Origin: Candidatus Aminicenantes bacterium
GTDB taxonomy: Bacteria > Acidobacteriota > Aminicenantia > Aminicenantales > Saccharicenantaceae
Length of the DNA stretch: 64,000 nt
Direction of reading: 5' to 3'
NCBI GenBank assembly: GCA_963805045.1
Contig: CAWDTC010000012.1
Coordinates: 64,211-128,210, forward strand
This document shows, in pieces, positions 21,056-33,030 of the stretch. Under the pieces are notes generated by a model. It worked only from the letters and a program-made list of their open reading frames with translations. It did no database searches and was not told the origin of the DNA. Made by a program: the position numbers and the translations under genes. How positions within the stretch are numbered: the first letter of the stretch is position 1; the number at the start of each line of letters is the position of its first letter.

Positions 21056-22058
21056 TCAGGCGATGGTGACGCCGCGCTTGCCCTTGACGACCTCGCCGAT
21101 GACCCAAGCCTTCTGGCCGAGCCGGGCGAACTCGGAAACGGCCCGTTCCGCCTGAGCCTGGGACACGACCAGGACCATACCAATGCCCATGTTGAAGGTC
21201 CGGTACATCTCCCGCTCGGAGACCCGGCCGCGCGACTCGATCTTGCGGAAGATGGCCGGCACGGGCCAGGCGCCCTTTTCGACCCGCACCGCCAGCCCCT
21301 CAGGGATGACGCGGGGGATGTTGTCGTAGAAGCCGCCCCCGGTGATGTGGGCCATGGACTTGACCGGGACGTCCTTCAGGACCTCGAGGATCGTCGAGCA
21401 GTAGATCCGCGTCGGGCGGAGGAGCTCCCGCCCGACGTCGCCGCGGAGCTCCTTTTCCGTGAAGGCGGCCCGGGCGAGCGAGTAGCCGTTGCTGTGGAGG
21501 CCGGAGGAGGCCAGCCCGATGACGGCGTCCCCGGCCCGGCACGTCCGGCCGTCGATGATCTCGGGACCGGTCGACGAGGCCGACGCAGAAGCCGGCCAGG
21601 TCCCACTTGCCCGGGGCGTAGAGGCCCGGCAGCTCGGCCGTCTCGCCGCCGATGAGGGTGCAGCCGGCCTGGCGGCAGCCCCGGACGATGCCCTTGACGA
21701 TCTCGACGAGCATCCGGGGCCGGACGTCGCCGACGGCGATGTAGTCGAGGAAGAAGAGCGGCTCGGCGCCCAGGACGACGACGTCGTCGACGCACATGGC
21801 CACGAGGTCGATGCCCACGGTGTCGTACTTCCCGAGCGCCTCGGCGACGAGGAGCTTGGTGCCGACGCCGTCCGTCGAGGAGACGAGGACCGGCGCCTTC
21901 ATGCCGGCCGTCCTCGGCCGGAAGAGCCCGCTGAAGCCGCCGATCGTGCCCAGGACCTCGGGCCGCTCGGTCGACCGGACCAGGGGCTTGATCATCCGGA
22001 TGAAGCGGTCGGCCGCGTCGATCTTGACGCCGGCCTTGGCGTAGGTCAGTCGGGCCAT
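21056..22058 (-). CDS. purM: phosphoribosylformylglycinamidine cyclo-ligase (AIR synthetase), frameshifted
   Basis: [36 protein letters not shown] and [14 protein letters not shown], in two or three frames. Confidence 0.9.
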
Positions 22059-22167
22059 GCGTCTCGTTCTCCAGGGGAAATTCCCTTCCTTTATAGCACC
22101 CCCTCCCCGCCAAGTCAAACTCGCGGCGAGGGATGGGGCCGAATGGGAGGACCCCTCAGGCTCTTAG

Positions 22168-22338
22168 GGCGGCGCCGGGGCCGTCCGAAAGCCCCCGTTT
22201 GGAAGGGGACCCGGCGGGACTTTCGACGGGGGAACCGAGGGACAGGTTCCCGGGGCCGGGGGATAAGGACGGCCCTGGCGCCGTCATCCCCGAGGCCTTC
22301 GGCACGCGGACAGGACCCCTCCGACTTCGTCGAAAAGG
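22168..22338 (+). repeat. structured GC-rich repeat of about 170 bp, copy A
   Basis: Aligns by eye at roughly four-fifths identity to the reverse complement of 25934-26090. Shared blocks: CCGAAAGCCCCCGTTTGGA, GACGGGGGAACC, GGGACAGGTTCCCGGGGCCGGGGGATAAGG, GGACCCCTCCGAC. Confidence 0.75.
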
Positions 22339-22433
22339 TGTTTATGAGCGGGCGGATTCAGTGTAACCTTTTCCGCGGCAGGCGGTATTTACGGATGAAC
22401 GGCGGGAATCCCGAGCGAGAGAAGACCGGACGC

Positions 22434-22988
22434 ATGGCACCGACCGACAACGAGCTGATGGAACAGGTCAGGGACGGAAAGGTCGAGAAGCTCGCCGTCC
22501 TTTTCGAGAGGCACCAGACGATGCTCTTCAACTTCTTCCTCCGGCTGACCGGCAACCGGGCCGCGAGCGAGGACCTCGTCCAGGAGGTCTTCATCCGCAT
22601 CCTCAAGTACCGGGCCGGCTACCAGGGGGAGAGCCGGTTCGTCGTCTGGATGTACCAGATCGCCCGCAACGCCCACGTCGATTTCCTGCGCAAGCGCAGG
22701 CCCGAGGTCCCGCTCGACGAGCGCGTCGAGGCGACGCCGGGCCGGGAGCCGCTGCCCGAGGACCGCTTCGAGGCCGACCAGGAGGCCGCGCTCGTCCGCC
22801 GGGCCCTGGACCGGCTGCCCGAACGGAAGCGGGAGATCCTCCTCCTCTTCCGCTACCAGGACCTCAAGCTCCGGGAGATCGCGGAGCTTCTCGGCTGCCA
22901 GGTGGGGACGGTCAAGGTCCAGGTCCACCGGGCCCTCAAGGACCTCAGCCGGATCTACTTCGAACTCCAGGGAGGGAAGGCGTCATGA
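22434..22988 (+). CDS. ECF-type RNA polymerase sigma factor
   Basis: DLVQEVFIRILKY, FVVWMYQIARNAHVDFLRKR and ILLLFRYQDLKLREIAELLGCQVGTVKVQVHRA. The start could instead be the ATG at 22395. Confidence 0.85.
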   Translation: MAPTDNELMEQVRDGKVEKLAVLFERHQTMLFNFFLRLTGNRAASEDLVQEVFIRILKYRAGYQGESRFVVWMYQIARNAHVDFLRKRRPEVPLDERVEATPGREPLPEDRFEADQEAALVRRALDRLPERKREILLLFRYQDLKLREIAELLGCQVGTVKVQVHRALKDLSRIYFELQGGKAS

Positions 22989-23797
22989 GCTGCGAAACAT
23001 ATCCAGGAGAGATTCGCCGATTACCTGACCGGGGACCTCGACGAGGCCGCCCGGCGCGAGGTCCAGGACCACCTGGCCGCCTGCGCCGCGTGCCGGACGC
23101 GAGATCGAGGACCTGACGGCCGTCTGGGCCAAGCTCGGCGTCCTGCCGGTCGAACAGCCCTCGGGCGCCCTCCGCCCCCGCTTCTACGCCATGCTCGAGG
23201 ACTACAAGGCCCGGCTCGAGGGAAGCGGCGCGCCGGCCGGCCGGCGGCGGGCCTTCTCCGGCTGGAGAGAGTGGTTCAGCTTCCGGCGGCCGTCCTTCGC
23301 CGCCGCCTTCTCCGCCTTCCTCCTGATCGTCGGCGCCGGCGCCGGCTGGCTCGCCGGCGGCGCGGGCTCGGGGCGCGTCGCGACGCTCCAGCGGGAGGTC
23401 CAGGAGATGCGGCAGACGACGGCCCTCACCCTCCTCAGCCAGCCCTCGGCCTCGGACCGGCTCCAGGGCGTGAGCTACAGCGCCGCGGTCAAGAACCCCA
23501 ACGTCAAGACCCTGGCCGCCCTGGTCAACACGCTCAACACGGACTCCAACCCCAACGTCCGCCTGGCCGCGGTCGAGGCCCTCTACCTCTTCCGCAACCA
23601 GCCCGGCGTCAAGGACAGCCTCGTCGAATTCGCTCGCCGTCCAGGACTCGCCGCTCGTCCAGGTCGCGCTGATCGACCTGCTCGTCGAGATCCGCGAGCA
23701 GCGGGCGGCCGAGGCGCTCAAGGCCCTGGTCAAGAACGACAAGCTCAACCCCGACGTCAAGAAACTGGCGGAACAGGGGATCAAGCAGCTCATCTGA
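22985..23797 (+). CDS. anti-sigma factor (zf-HC2 N-terminus, TM helix, HEAT-like C-terminus), frameshifted
   Basis: ATGA overlap with the sigma gene. After correction it reads MSCETYQERFADYLTGDLDEAARREVQDHLAACAACR. TM helix AAAFSAFLLIVGAGAGWLAG. C-terminal NPNVRLAAVEAL and SPLVQVALIDLL repeats. Confidence 0.7.
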
Positions 23798-23805
23798 GGA
23801 ACATC

Positions 23806-24761
23806 ATGACGCATCAAGAGAACCGGAAGAAGAAGACAGGCGCGGAACCGTCCGGCGGCGCGGCGCACGGCCCGGGCCGGCGCCGTCCTCGCCCTCCTCC
23901 TGGGCGCCGCTTCTCTCTTTGCCGCCCAGGCCCCCGACCGCGACAGCCTCAGGGACTATCCCGTCCGGAAGACGGAGGAGATCCGCAAGACCCTGAAGTT
24001 CGCCGACGCCTCGAAGCCCGGCGAGGTCATCGTCGACAACGTCTTCGGCCCGATCACGGTCGAGGGGTACGTCGGGCGCGGACGTCCTCCTCGTCGCCCA
24101 CAGGACGATCTACGCCAAGACCGAGGACAAGGCCGCCCGGGCCGCGGAAGAGGTCACGCTCGACATCCAGGAAAAGGGCCGGACCGTGGACATCTACGTC
24201 GACGGGCCGTTCCGCGACCACGACCGGGACCGCGGCCGCCGCGGCTTCCATTCCTGGCGCAACCCCGGCTACGAGGTCCACTACGCCTTCGAGGTCAAGG
24301 TCCCCTTCAGGACCGACGTCGCCGTCTCGACCGTCACGGACGGGGACGTCGAGGTCCGGGGCGTCGAAGGCGAGTTCGACGTCCACAACGTCAACGGCAA
24401 GCTCCGGATGAGCGACGTCGCCGGGTCGGGCGACGCCGAGACCGTGAACGGCGAGCTCGTCGTCGGCTTCCGGAGCGCCCCGTCGGGAGCGTGCGCGCTC
24501 AAGACCATCAACGGCGACGTCGTCCTCACCCTGCCGGGCGGTGCCTCGGCCGACTTCCGGCTCAAGACCTGGAACGGCCAGGTCTATTCCGATTTCGACG
24601 TGACCCCGCTCCCGGGCCGGCCGCCGGTCCGCGAAAAGGGCCAGGGCAAGTTCGTCTACAAGAGCGACCGTTCGTTCGGCGTCCGGGCGGGCCGGGGCGG
24701 CCCCGAGATCTCGCTCGACACCATGAACGGCGACATCCTCATCAAGAAAAGGACCGCCTAG
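23806..24761 (+). CDS. DUF4097-type repeat protein, frameshifted
   Basis: The C-terminal 191 aa are intact, with TDGDVEV, VNGKLRM, VNGELVV, INGDVVL and MNGDILI repeats. The N-terminal signal region is in another frame. Confidence 0.75.
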
Positions 24762-24778
24762 CGGTCATGGAGGCAACC

Positions 24779-25873
24779 ATGAAAAAGACCATCGGACAAC
24801 TCATCGTCGCGGCAATGCTGGTCGCGGCCGCCGCGCCGGCCTTCGCCCAGCAGGCCCCGGCGCCAGCCCAGCCGGCGCAGAAGGCGCCCGAGAAACCCCC
24901 GCGCCCCAGCCGGCGCAGAAGCCCGCCGAGCCCGACCGGGCCGTCGTCCCGCTCAGCAACCCGGCCAAGCCGGCCAAGGTCGAGGCCTCGATCATGCGCG
25001 GCAGCATCACCGTCAGGGGCTACGAGGGCAAGGAGGTCATCGCCGAGGCCCGGATCAGGGAAAAGGCCGTCGGCGAGAAGGGGACGGGCTGGTTCGAGTA
25101 CGACCGGCAGGGCGCCGCGGCCGAGATGCTGTCGGAGCGCATGGCCGGCATGAAGTCGAAGATGAAAGACCAGGATAAGGCGCTCGCCGCGCAGGACAAG
25201 GCCCTGGCCATTCTCGCCGCCGAGCCCCAGGTCTTCGCCTTCGCCGGGCCGGCCCAGGAGAAGGAAAAGAAGGAGCGCAGCCACGAGGGCATGAGGCTCA
25301 TCACCGCCGCCCTGACCGGGCCTGACGGTCACCGAGGACGAGAACACCGTCACCGTGCAGACCGACTCCTGGAAGTACGCCGTCGACCTGACCATCCAGG
25401 TCCCCTATGCCTCCTCGCTCGAGCTGTCGTCGACGGCCGGCGGCAAGATCGTCGTGGAGAACGTCAACGGCGAGATCGAGATCAACGGCGGCAACGGCTC
25501 CGTCGCCCTGCGCAACGTCTCGGGGAACGCCGTCGTCCACACCATGAACGGCGACATCGAGGCCGTGCTGGCCAAGGTCGCCGCGGACAAGCCCCTCTCC
25601 TTCAGCAACATGAACGGCGACGTCGACATCACCCTGCCCGCCGACATCAAGGCCAACGTCAGGATGAAGTCCCAGATGGGCAACATCTACAGCGACTTCG
25701 ACATCGTCCTCAAGCCGACGGCCCAGAAGGTCGAGGCCTCCGACCTCAAGGGCGAGAAGGGCCAGTACCGGATCTCCTTCGACAAGGGCATCACCGGCAC
25801 CATCAACGGCGGCGGCCAGGAGATCACGCTGACCACGTTCAACGGCGACATCTTCATCCGCAAGCACAAGTAA
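24779..25873 (+). CDS. DUF4097-type repeat protein, frameshifted
   Basis: Signal MKKTIGQLIVAAMLVAAAAPAFA follows a GGAGG. The C-terminal 172 aa are intact, with VNGEIEI, VSGNAVV, MNGDIEA, MNGDVDI and FNGDIFI repeats. Confidence 0.75.
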
Positions 25874-25902
25874 GGGAAGACACCGGCATACCTCCAAACT
25901 CG

Positions 25903-25931
25903 AGGGCGGCCCGCCTGGGCCGCCCTTTTTT
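25903..25931 (+). terminator. rho-independent terminator
   Basis: A GGGCGGCCC/GGGCCGCCC stem followed by TTTTTT, 30 nt after the stop at 25873. Confidence 0.7.
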
Positions 25932-25933
25932 AT

Positions 25934-26090
25934 GAAAAGGTCGGAGGGGTCCCGTCCGTGTGCGTCCCGAGTCGCGGCGGCGCCGAGGTCACCCTTATCC
26001 CCCGGCCCCGGGAACCTGTCCCGGTTCCCCCGTCGCAGGGCCGACGGGCCCCCCTCCAAACGGGGGCTTTCGGGCGACCCCGGCACCGCC
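25934..26090 (-). repeat. structured GC-rich repeat, copy B (inverted relative to copy A)
   Basis: Its reverse complement aligns with 22168-22338; see copy A. Confidence 0.75.
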
Positions 26091-26220
26091 TTCAGGTGGG
26101 GACTGGCACCGGCCACCCCTCCGCCCTTTCTGATGGTCTTTAACCGCAGGTTGACAGGCCGCGGGGTCCGTATTACGCTCTTTTCACCGCGATCCCGAGA
26201 AGCCGACAGGAGGGAAGCCC

Positions 26221-27949
26221 ATGACCGCAAGAACGCCGGATCCTTTACGTCATCCTTATCCTCGCCGTGCTGGCGCCGGCCCTTCCGGCCGGGCGCCGCG
26301 GCCCCGCCCCGCAAGCGCCCGCCGACCTCGTCCTCGTGAACGGCAAGGTCGTCACCGTCGACGAGAAGATGCCCGAGGCGCGGGCCGTCGCCGTCCGCGG
26401 CGGCCGGATCGCCGCCGTCGGCTCGGAGAAGGACATCCGGCGCTTCATCGGCCCCGCGACCCAGGTCATCGACCTCAAGGGCGCCCTGGCCATCCCGGGG
26501 ATCATCGACAGCCACGGCCATTTCACGAGCCTCGGCGCGTCCAAGATGATCCTCGACCTGACGAAGGCCAGGAGCTGGGACGACATCGTGGCCATGGTCC
26601 GGCGAGGCGGCGGCGAAGGCCAAGCCCGGGGAGTGGATCCAGGGCCGCGGCTGGCACCAGGAGAAATGGGACAGGGCGCCGCAGCCGAACGTCGACGGCC
26701 TCCCCTATCACGACGCCCTGAGCCAGGCCGCGCCGGCGAACCCGGTCCTCCTCGAGCACGCCAGCGGCCACTCGAGCCTGGCCAACGCCAAGGCCATGGA
26801 GCTGTCGGGGATCACGGCCAAGACGCCCGACCCCGCGGGCGGCCAGATCCTCCGCGACGCCAAGGGCAACCCCATCGGCGCCTTCCTCGAGAACGCCCAG
26901 GGCCTCATCCGCGTCCGCGAGCCGAAGCTCACGCCCGAGGAGGCCGCGGCCCGGGAGCGCCGCGAGGTCGAACTCGCCGCCGCGGAGTGCCTGAAGCAGG
27001 GCGTGACGACCTTCCACGACGCGGACTCCTCCTTCCGCACGATCGACCTCTTCAGGAAGATGGCCGAGGAGGGGACGCTCGGCGTCCGGCTCTACGTCAT
27101 GATCGGCGAGACGAACCGCGCCCTGGCGGCCAGGGGCGCCGCCTACCGCATGATCGGCGCCGCCGATAACCACCTGACCGTCCGCGCCATCAAGCGCTTC
27201 ATGGACGGCGCCCTCGGCTCGCACGGCGCCTGGCTCCTCGAGCCCTACGCCGACCTGCCCGGTTCGACGGGCATGAACACGGACCCGCTCCCGGACATCA
27301 GCGAAACGGCAAAGTTCGCCATCGAGAACGGCTTCCAGCTGTGCATCCACGCCATCGGCGACCGGGCCAACCGGGAGGTCCTGAACATCTACGAGGAGGC
27401 GTTCAAGGCCCATCCCAGACAAGACGGACGTGCGCTGGCGCGTCGAGCACGCCCAGCACCTCGACCCGGCCGACATCCCGCGCTTCGGCCGGCTCGGCGT
27501 CATCGCCTCGATGCAGGCCGTCCACTGCACGTCGGACGGGCCGTGGGTGCCCAAGCGGATCGGCGCGAAGAGGGCCGAGGAGGGCGCCTACGTCTGGCGG
27601 AAGCTCATCGACTCCGGCGCCGTCATCGCCAACGGCACGGACGTGCCCGTCGAGCCCGTCGACCCGATGCCCGGCTTCTACGCCGCCGTGACGCGCAAGA
27701 CGAAGGACGGCACGGCCTTCTTCCCGGCGGAGAGGATGACGCAGGGCCGAGGCCCTCCGGGCCTACACCTTGAACGGCGCCTACGCCGCCTTCGAGGAGG
27801 GCCTCAAGGGGTCGCTCACGGCCGGAAAGCTCGCCGACATCACGGTCCTGTCGAAGGACATCATGACCTGCCCGGAGGAGGAGATCCGCTCGGCCGAGGT
27901 CCTCTACACGATCGTCGGCGGGAAGGTCCTGTACAAGAAGGGGAGCTGA
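26221..27949 (+). CDS. amidohydrolase-3 family metal-dependent hydrolase (YtcJ-like), secreted, frameshifted
   Basis: LVLVNGKVVTVD, LAIPGIIDSHGHF, GRGWHQEKW, LCIHAIGDRAN, RVEHAQH, SMQAVHCTSD and GTDVPVE are spread over several frames. Confidence 0.8.
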
Positions 27950-27978
27950 GCCCGGGGGGCGGACGTCGGGGCGCGGCT

Positions 27979-28209
27979 TCAGGTCTCGGCGACGCCGCCG
28001 AGCTTTTCCTCGACGCGGCGCAGCTCGTCCTGGGCTTCCTTGAGCAGGTTGTTCTTGAAGACCAGCGTGCCGATCTCTCCCGTATGGGTGATCGACTCCC
28101 TGAGCCGGTCGATCCGGGCCTGGAGGTCGGCTTCGCGCTTGCGGAGCTTCTCGATCTCCTCGCGTCTCGCGGCGTCGGTGTCCATCGGATGATCCATCTC
28201 GCGTCCCAT
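27979..28209 (-). CDS. small coiled-coil hypothetical protein
   Basis: Short ORF with a heptad-like EEIEKLRKREADLQARIDRLRE. No family recognised. Confidence 0.35.
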   Translation of the reverse strand: MGREMDHPMDTDAARREEIEKLRKREADLQARIDRLRESITHTGEIGTLVFKNNLLKEAQDELRRVEEKLGGVAET

Positions 28210-28350
28210 TCTACGGCGTTCCGTCCGCTCAATCAAGAAGCGGTCGGAGCGGATCCAGTCCGTGTACCGAAGTCCTCGGGGATGGCCTGTGGCTCTCCCC
28301 GACAGGACCCGTCCGGCAGGGAGCCGCCTATAACGAATGACCACCGGGGT

Positions 28351-31300
28351 TCAGCGCCCAGGGGCGAGCTTCACCGTCATGATCTCGAACGGCTTGAGTG
28401 CGACGTCCATGAAACCCGATTCCTTCGTCTCATGGGTCCCGGCGCTCCTGACAGTGAAACCGAAGAAGACATCGCTCGTGAGCCGGGCGGCGGTCGATCT
28501 CCCCGCGATCTCCCGGAGGCGAGCGACCGGCGTCCCGTCCGCATCGAGCCAGAGGGCCTGGACGATGACGTTCGGCTGGTCGACGGAAACGAAGGACTCG
28601 GCCTCCGTCGTGAACCGTCCCTTGTTCTTCGCCGGGAGCCAGGCCACGGCGAGGGGCGTGTGGACCTCCCAGCCGAAGCGGGAGGGCGCGACCCGGTCGG
28701 GCTCAACGGCCCCCGCGGCGGCCGGGCCGGGCGGCAGGCTCGTCAGAGAGTAGCGGAACTCGACCCGGCCTTCCTGGCTGGCCTTGAAGTTCGTCATCCA
28801 GTAGTTGTTCATGGCATAGGAGAAGACCCAGGCGTTCGCGAGGTCGAGCTTCGTCAGCCACTTGCCGGTGTTGATGTCGCCGAATTCGACGAGCGGCGCC
28901 TCGACCGGCGACCAGACGACCCGGGCGTCCTTCCCGGAGAATTCGACCCAGTGCTGGACGGTGTGCCAGTCGAGCGTCGTGCCCGGGAGCTGCTCCTTCC
29001 CGGGCGCCATGTCGGCGTCCGAGATCTCGAAGCGCACGTTCACGGGGACTGTCCCCGAAGGGGACTGTCCCCCCTTTGGCTTCGCCGACCTTGAACGGGA
29101 AGGCGAAGTAGACCGCTTCGGGGTCGAACGTCTCCTCCTTGTCGAGGATGTTGACCAGGTCGATGCGTTTGACGTCCTCGTAGAGGATGATGCGCTGCTC
29201 GAGCGGAGCGGCACATCTTCGGCGCGCTCCTCGACGACGAGGCTCCTGGCCACCGGTCCGTCCCATTCGGCCTTCACGGCGGTCGTCGCCTCCGGCGACC
29301 ACCGATGGAACGCCGCCCGCTTGGTCATGTCGTCGACGGCTTTACGGCCGCCCTCGGGCTGTTCGTAAATGTAGGTATTGAGCTTCCAGGGGCTCGACGG
29401 GTCGACGAGCTCGCGGCCCGTCTCCTTGTCGATGAGGCTCGAGATGCCGCCGGTCTTCGGGTCCACGGCCAGCCGGTAGAACCGGCTTTCGAGGACGGGA
29501 TGGCCGGCGTCGTTCGGCCTCGCCGTCTCCGCTTTGGGTTTCCGGGCGTCGCCCTCTCCCGGCCGGACCGAGAAGACGGCATAGCCCATCGCCGGGACGT
29601 CCTTCGCCACGAGCAGGATGGCGTCCTCGCCCGTGACCTGGAACTTGGCCTCGCCGCCCGTGCGCCGGTCGATGACGCGGAGCTTCCCCTTAGCCTCGCG
29701 CAGAGGCCCGGCCGGAAGCGCCACCCGCACGACGTCGGTCCGCGCCCAGGAGAGCGGGTTAAAAACGGCGAACTCGTAGTCGCTCTCGGCGCTGATCAGT
29801 CCGCGCCAAGCGCCTCCATGCCCCGCCGGAGGAGCGTCCGCGACGCCTCGTGCGCCTTGTAGGCGTAGGCCGACTTGACCGCCCACTGGCCGCGGGCCAG
29901 CTCCGACCCCGGGTCGTCGATGCTGTTCCACGCCCCCCAGGTGTGCTCGTCATAGAGCATCGACTGGTCCCAGGCCTCGCGCAGCGCCCCGGCCGGGAAG
30001 CGGAGGCTCTTTTCCCTGTCCGGTTCGAGCCGCGCCGCCAGGGCCGAGACCTTCTCGGCCGTGACGAGCTCGTTGTGGGCGACGCGGTTGAGCCCCGTCT
30101 CGTAGGCGGTCGAGGCGACGCCGTCGGTCCAGTAGTCCGGCCAGCCGAGCTTGTGGACCGGGAGTCCTCGGCCCGTAGTCCTTCTCCAGCTTCTCGAAGA
30201 ACTCGTGCAGGGTCGCCAGGCGGAGATGCGGCGAGGCGAACTTCTCGTTCCACTCCTTGACCCGGTCGGACAGGGCCCGGCCCGGCGGGCAGTTGTCCGT
30301 GACCCAGGCGCTGATGTTGAAGGCGATGATGTCGTAGGGATAATCGCCGCGCGTCTCGAGCTTGGCCAGGTACTCGCCGAGCTTGGGCGCGCTCCGGGCC
30401 AGGGGCTCGTGGAGCAGGAGCTCGTAGTTGGCGAAGAGGTAGTGCTCGCCGTTCCAGTGGAGGATCCGGCTGCCGTCGGGCGATTCCCACCAGAAGGGGT
30501 TGGGCCTGCGGAGCGGGGCGCGCGACCGCGTCTCGTTGATGCCCGTCGCGTAGTAGCGGATGCCGTTCTGGTTGAAGATCTGCGGCAGGGCCCAGTCGAA
30601 GCCGGTGACATCGTCGTTCATGGCCGCCCGGACCGGGAAGCCGTAGCGGCGGCCGAGGGCGCAGGGGTTCTCGACGGCCCGGATGATCTCCTCGTGGGCG
30701 AAGAGGTCGGAGCCGTTGACCTGGATCCCCGAGAGCTCGACCCGGCCGGCGCGGATGAGGTCGACGAGCTCCCGGAACTTGGCCTCGGGCCGCATGGCGC
30801 GGTAGTTGCTCGAGGGCCCAGGAGATCTCGATGTTCCAGCGGAACTTGGCGTCGTCGGGATAGCCGTCGGTCTGATGACAGTACTCGATGACCGAATCGA
30901 GGTACTCGAGATGGTTCTGGACGACGCGCGACTGGAGCTCCGTGTAGCCGATGTCGTTATGGGAGTGATGGAAGAGGTCGACCGTCCAGCGCCGGGCCGG
31001 GGCGAGCGTCAGCTCGACCGCGACGGTCCCGGACGGACCGGCCGCGCCCGCGGAGGCCGGCGCGGCGCCAGGCGCGAGAGCCAGACGGACCGGGGTCGGC
31101 CCGGCGACCTCGGGAATGAGGACCTCGAAGGCGTTGATGCCTGTCTTGAGGCGCAGGGACCGGAGGGCGGCGTCGAGGGCGACGGGCCGGCCCGCGACGG
31201 AGGCGCTCAACACGGCCGCGGCTTCGGCCCCCGGGTTCTCGACCGTGATATCGATGACGCGCTTGACCGCCGCGCCGTCCCTGACCAGAAGCGCCGTCGG

Positions 31301-31456
31301 CACGGCGGCGAGCTTGAGCCCGGCCGCGGGCGCCGCCGGAAGCACCGCGGGGACCAGGGCCGCTAAAACGACGCGCCATGCCCAGACCGCCGGATGTGTC
31401 CTTTCTTCGATCGGGCCATCGGTCCCTCCTCTTTCGTGCGCGAACTTCCCACCCAT
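28351..31456 (-). CDS. GH38-family glycoside hydrolase (alpha-mannosidase-like), secreted, multiply frameshifted
   Basis: DLFHHSHNDIGYTE is the metal/catalytic N-domain motif. The 281-aa middle fragment (29950-30795) is intact and the long C-terminal beta-rich part is in ORF 28351-29931. The start is uncertain. Confidence 0.7.
29044..29074. repeat. palindromic element, family 3, embedded in the GH38 coding region
   Basis: GGGGACTGTCCCCGAAGGGGACTGTCCCCCC. The reading frame of the gene changes exactly here. Confidence 0.7.
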
Positions 31457-31549
31457 TCTAAGGGCGGCGCCCCGCCAAGGCAAGATGTCCCGCGCGCCGG
31501 GCCGGGCCGGCTTGCCGGGCTGTCCGAGTTGTGCGATGATATGTTTTCG

Positions 31550-32321
31550 ATGAAAAAGACCCGTTCCCTCGCTGGCCCTCGTCCTCGCCGTCTGCGTTAT
31601 CGGCTGCGCCGCCGCGGAAGCGCAAAAGCAGAAGACCAAGGGCAAGGGTTCCGACAACGACCCCCAGTACCAGTACGAGAAGGGCGTCGTCGCCCTCAAT
31701 TACGGGCTGACGGACGAGGCCATCCGCTACGGCAACCTGGCCCTCTCCCTCGACCCCAACCACTACGGCGGGCACAGCCTGCTCGGGAACGCCTACTACA
31801 AGAAGGGCGACGTCGCCCGGGCCCTGCCCGAGTTCGAGAAGGCCGTGGCGCTCAAGCCGGACCTGCCCGAGGCCCATTTCAACTACGGCCTGGCCCTCTT
31901 CGACTCCGGCGAAATGGACAAGGCCGAGCCCGAATTCGCGAGGTCCGACGCCATCAGGGAGGACCCGGTCACGAGCTACTACCTGGGCCGCGTCCACTTC
32001 AACCAGCACAAGTTCGACCAGGCCCTCGGCGACGTCCAGAGGTCCATCGCCAAGAACCCGAAGTCGCCCGGCGCCTACAACCTCAAGGGGGTCATCCTCA
32101 ATCAGCTCAACCGCTTCGCGGAGGCGGCCGGGAGCTTCCAGGCGGGGCTCGTGCTCGCCCCGAACGACATCAACCTCCAGGTCAACCTCGGGATCGCCTA
32201 CATCAACAGCAACGAGCCGGCCAAGGCCAGGCCCGTTCTGGAGGCGGCGCTGCCCAGGATCACGGACCCGGCCCTCAAGGCCAGGATCGAGGAGTACCTG
32301 AAGTCGATCAAGACCCCTTGA
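31550..32321 (+). CDS. TPR-repeat lipoprotein, one frameshift near the N-terminus
   Basis: After correction it reads MKKTRSLALALVLAVCVIGC (lipobox). Several TPR units follow (LGNAYYKKGDVARALPEFEKAVALKPD and others). Confidence 0.75.
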
Positions 32322-32400
32322 CGGCCCTCTCCGGGACCGGCCGCGGCCGCATGAAACGTTCTCCCGTCTCGCGCGTCTTTCGGAGTGAGACGGAAATAAG

Positions 32401-33030
32401 ATGGACACCGTGATGGCCGGAGTCGGAGCCGCCGCCCGCCGGGAACCCCCGGCCCCGCCCCTGTCCCAGGAGGCCTTCGAGGCGCTCTTCGAAGCCCACC
32501 GGGACGCCGTCTTCCGCCTCGCCTGCGCCCTGACCAACAACGCCCGGGACGCGGAGGACCTCTTCCAGGAGACCTGGCTGAGGGCCGTGCGCGCCCGGCC
32601 GGCGGGGCCGCGGCCCGGCGGGGTGCGGGCCTGGCTCGCCGCCATCGCCGCCAACGCCCACCGGGACGGGCTAAGGCGAATGAGGGTCCGCCGGCTGTTC
32701 TTCCTCGAACGGGCCCGGACCATGGCGGACGCGTCGGCCGACGCGGACCCCGGCTGGGACGCGGGCCGCTACGCCGGCGGCGACGTCGGGGCGCGGGCGG
32801 ACCTGCGCCTCTGCCTCCGCCGCGCCCTGGCCGCGCTGCCCCCGCGCCAGCGCCGGGTCTTCGTCCTCAAGGACGTCGAGGGCTACAAGCACGAGGAGAT
32901 CGGCCGGATGCTCGGCCTGCCCGAGGCGACGGTCCGGACCCTCCTCCACCGGGCGACAAAGCGCCTGCAGAAGGACCTGGCCGCCTTCGGGCCGGCCGGG
33001 ACGCGGGCGCCGAAGGAGAATGAGCCATGA
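32401..33030 (+). CDS. ECF-type RNA polymerase sigma factor
   Basis: Intact 209-aa ORF with DLFQETWLRAV and RRVFVLKDVEGYKHEEIGRMLGLPEATVRTLLHRA. Confidence 0.85.
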   Translation: MDTVMAGVGAAARREPPAPPLSQEAFEALFEAHRDAVFRLACALTNNARDAEDLFQETWLRAVRARPAGPRPGGVRAWLAAIAANAHRDGLRRMRVRRLFFLERARTMADASADADPGWDAGRYAGGDVGARADLRLCLRRALAALPPRQRRVFVLKDVEGYKHEEIGRMLGLPEATVRTLLHRATKRLQKDLAAFGPAGTRAPKENEP

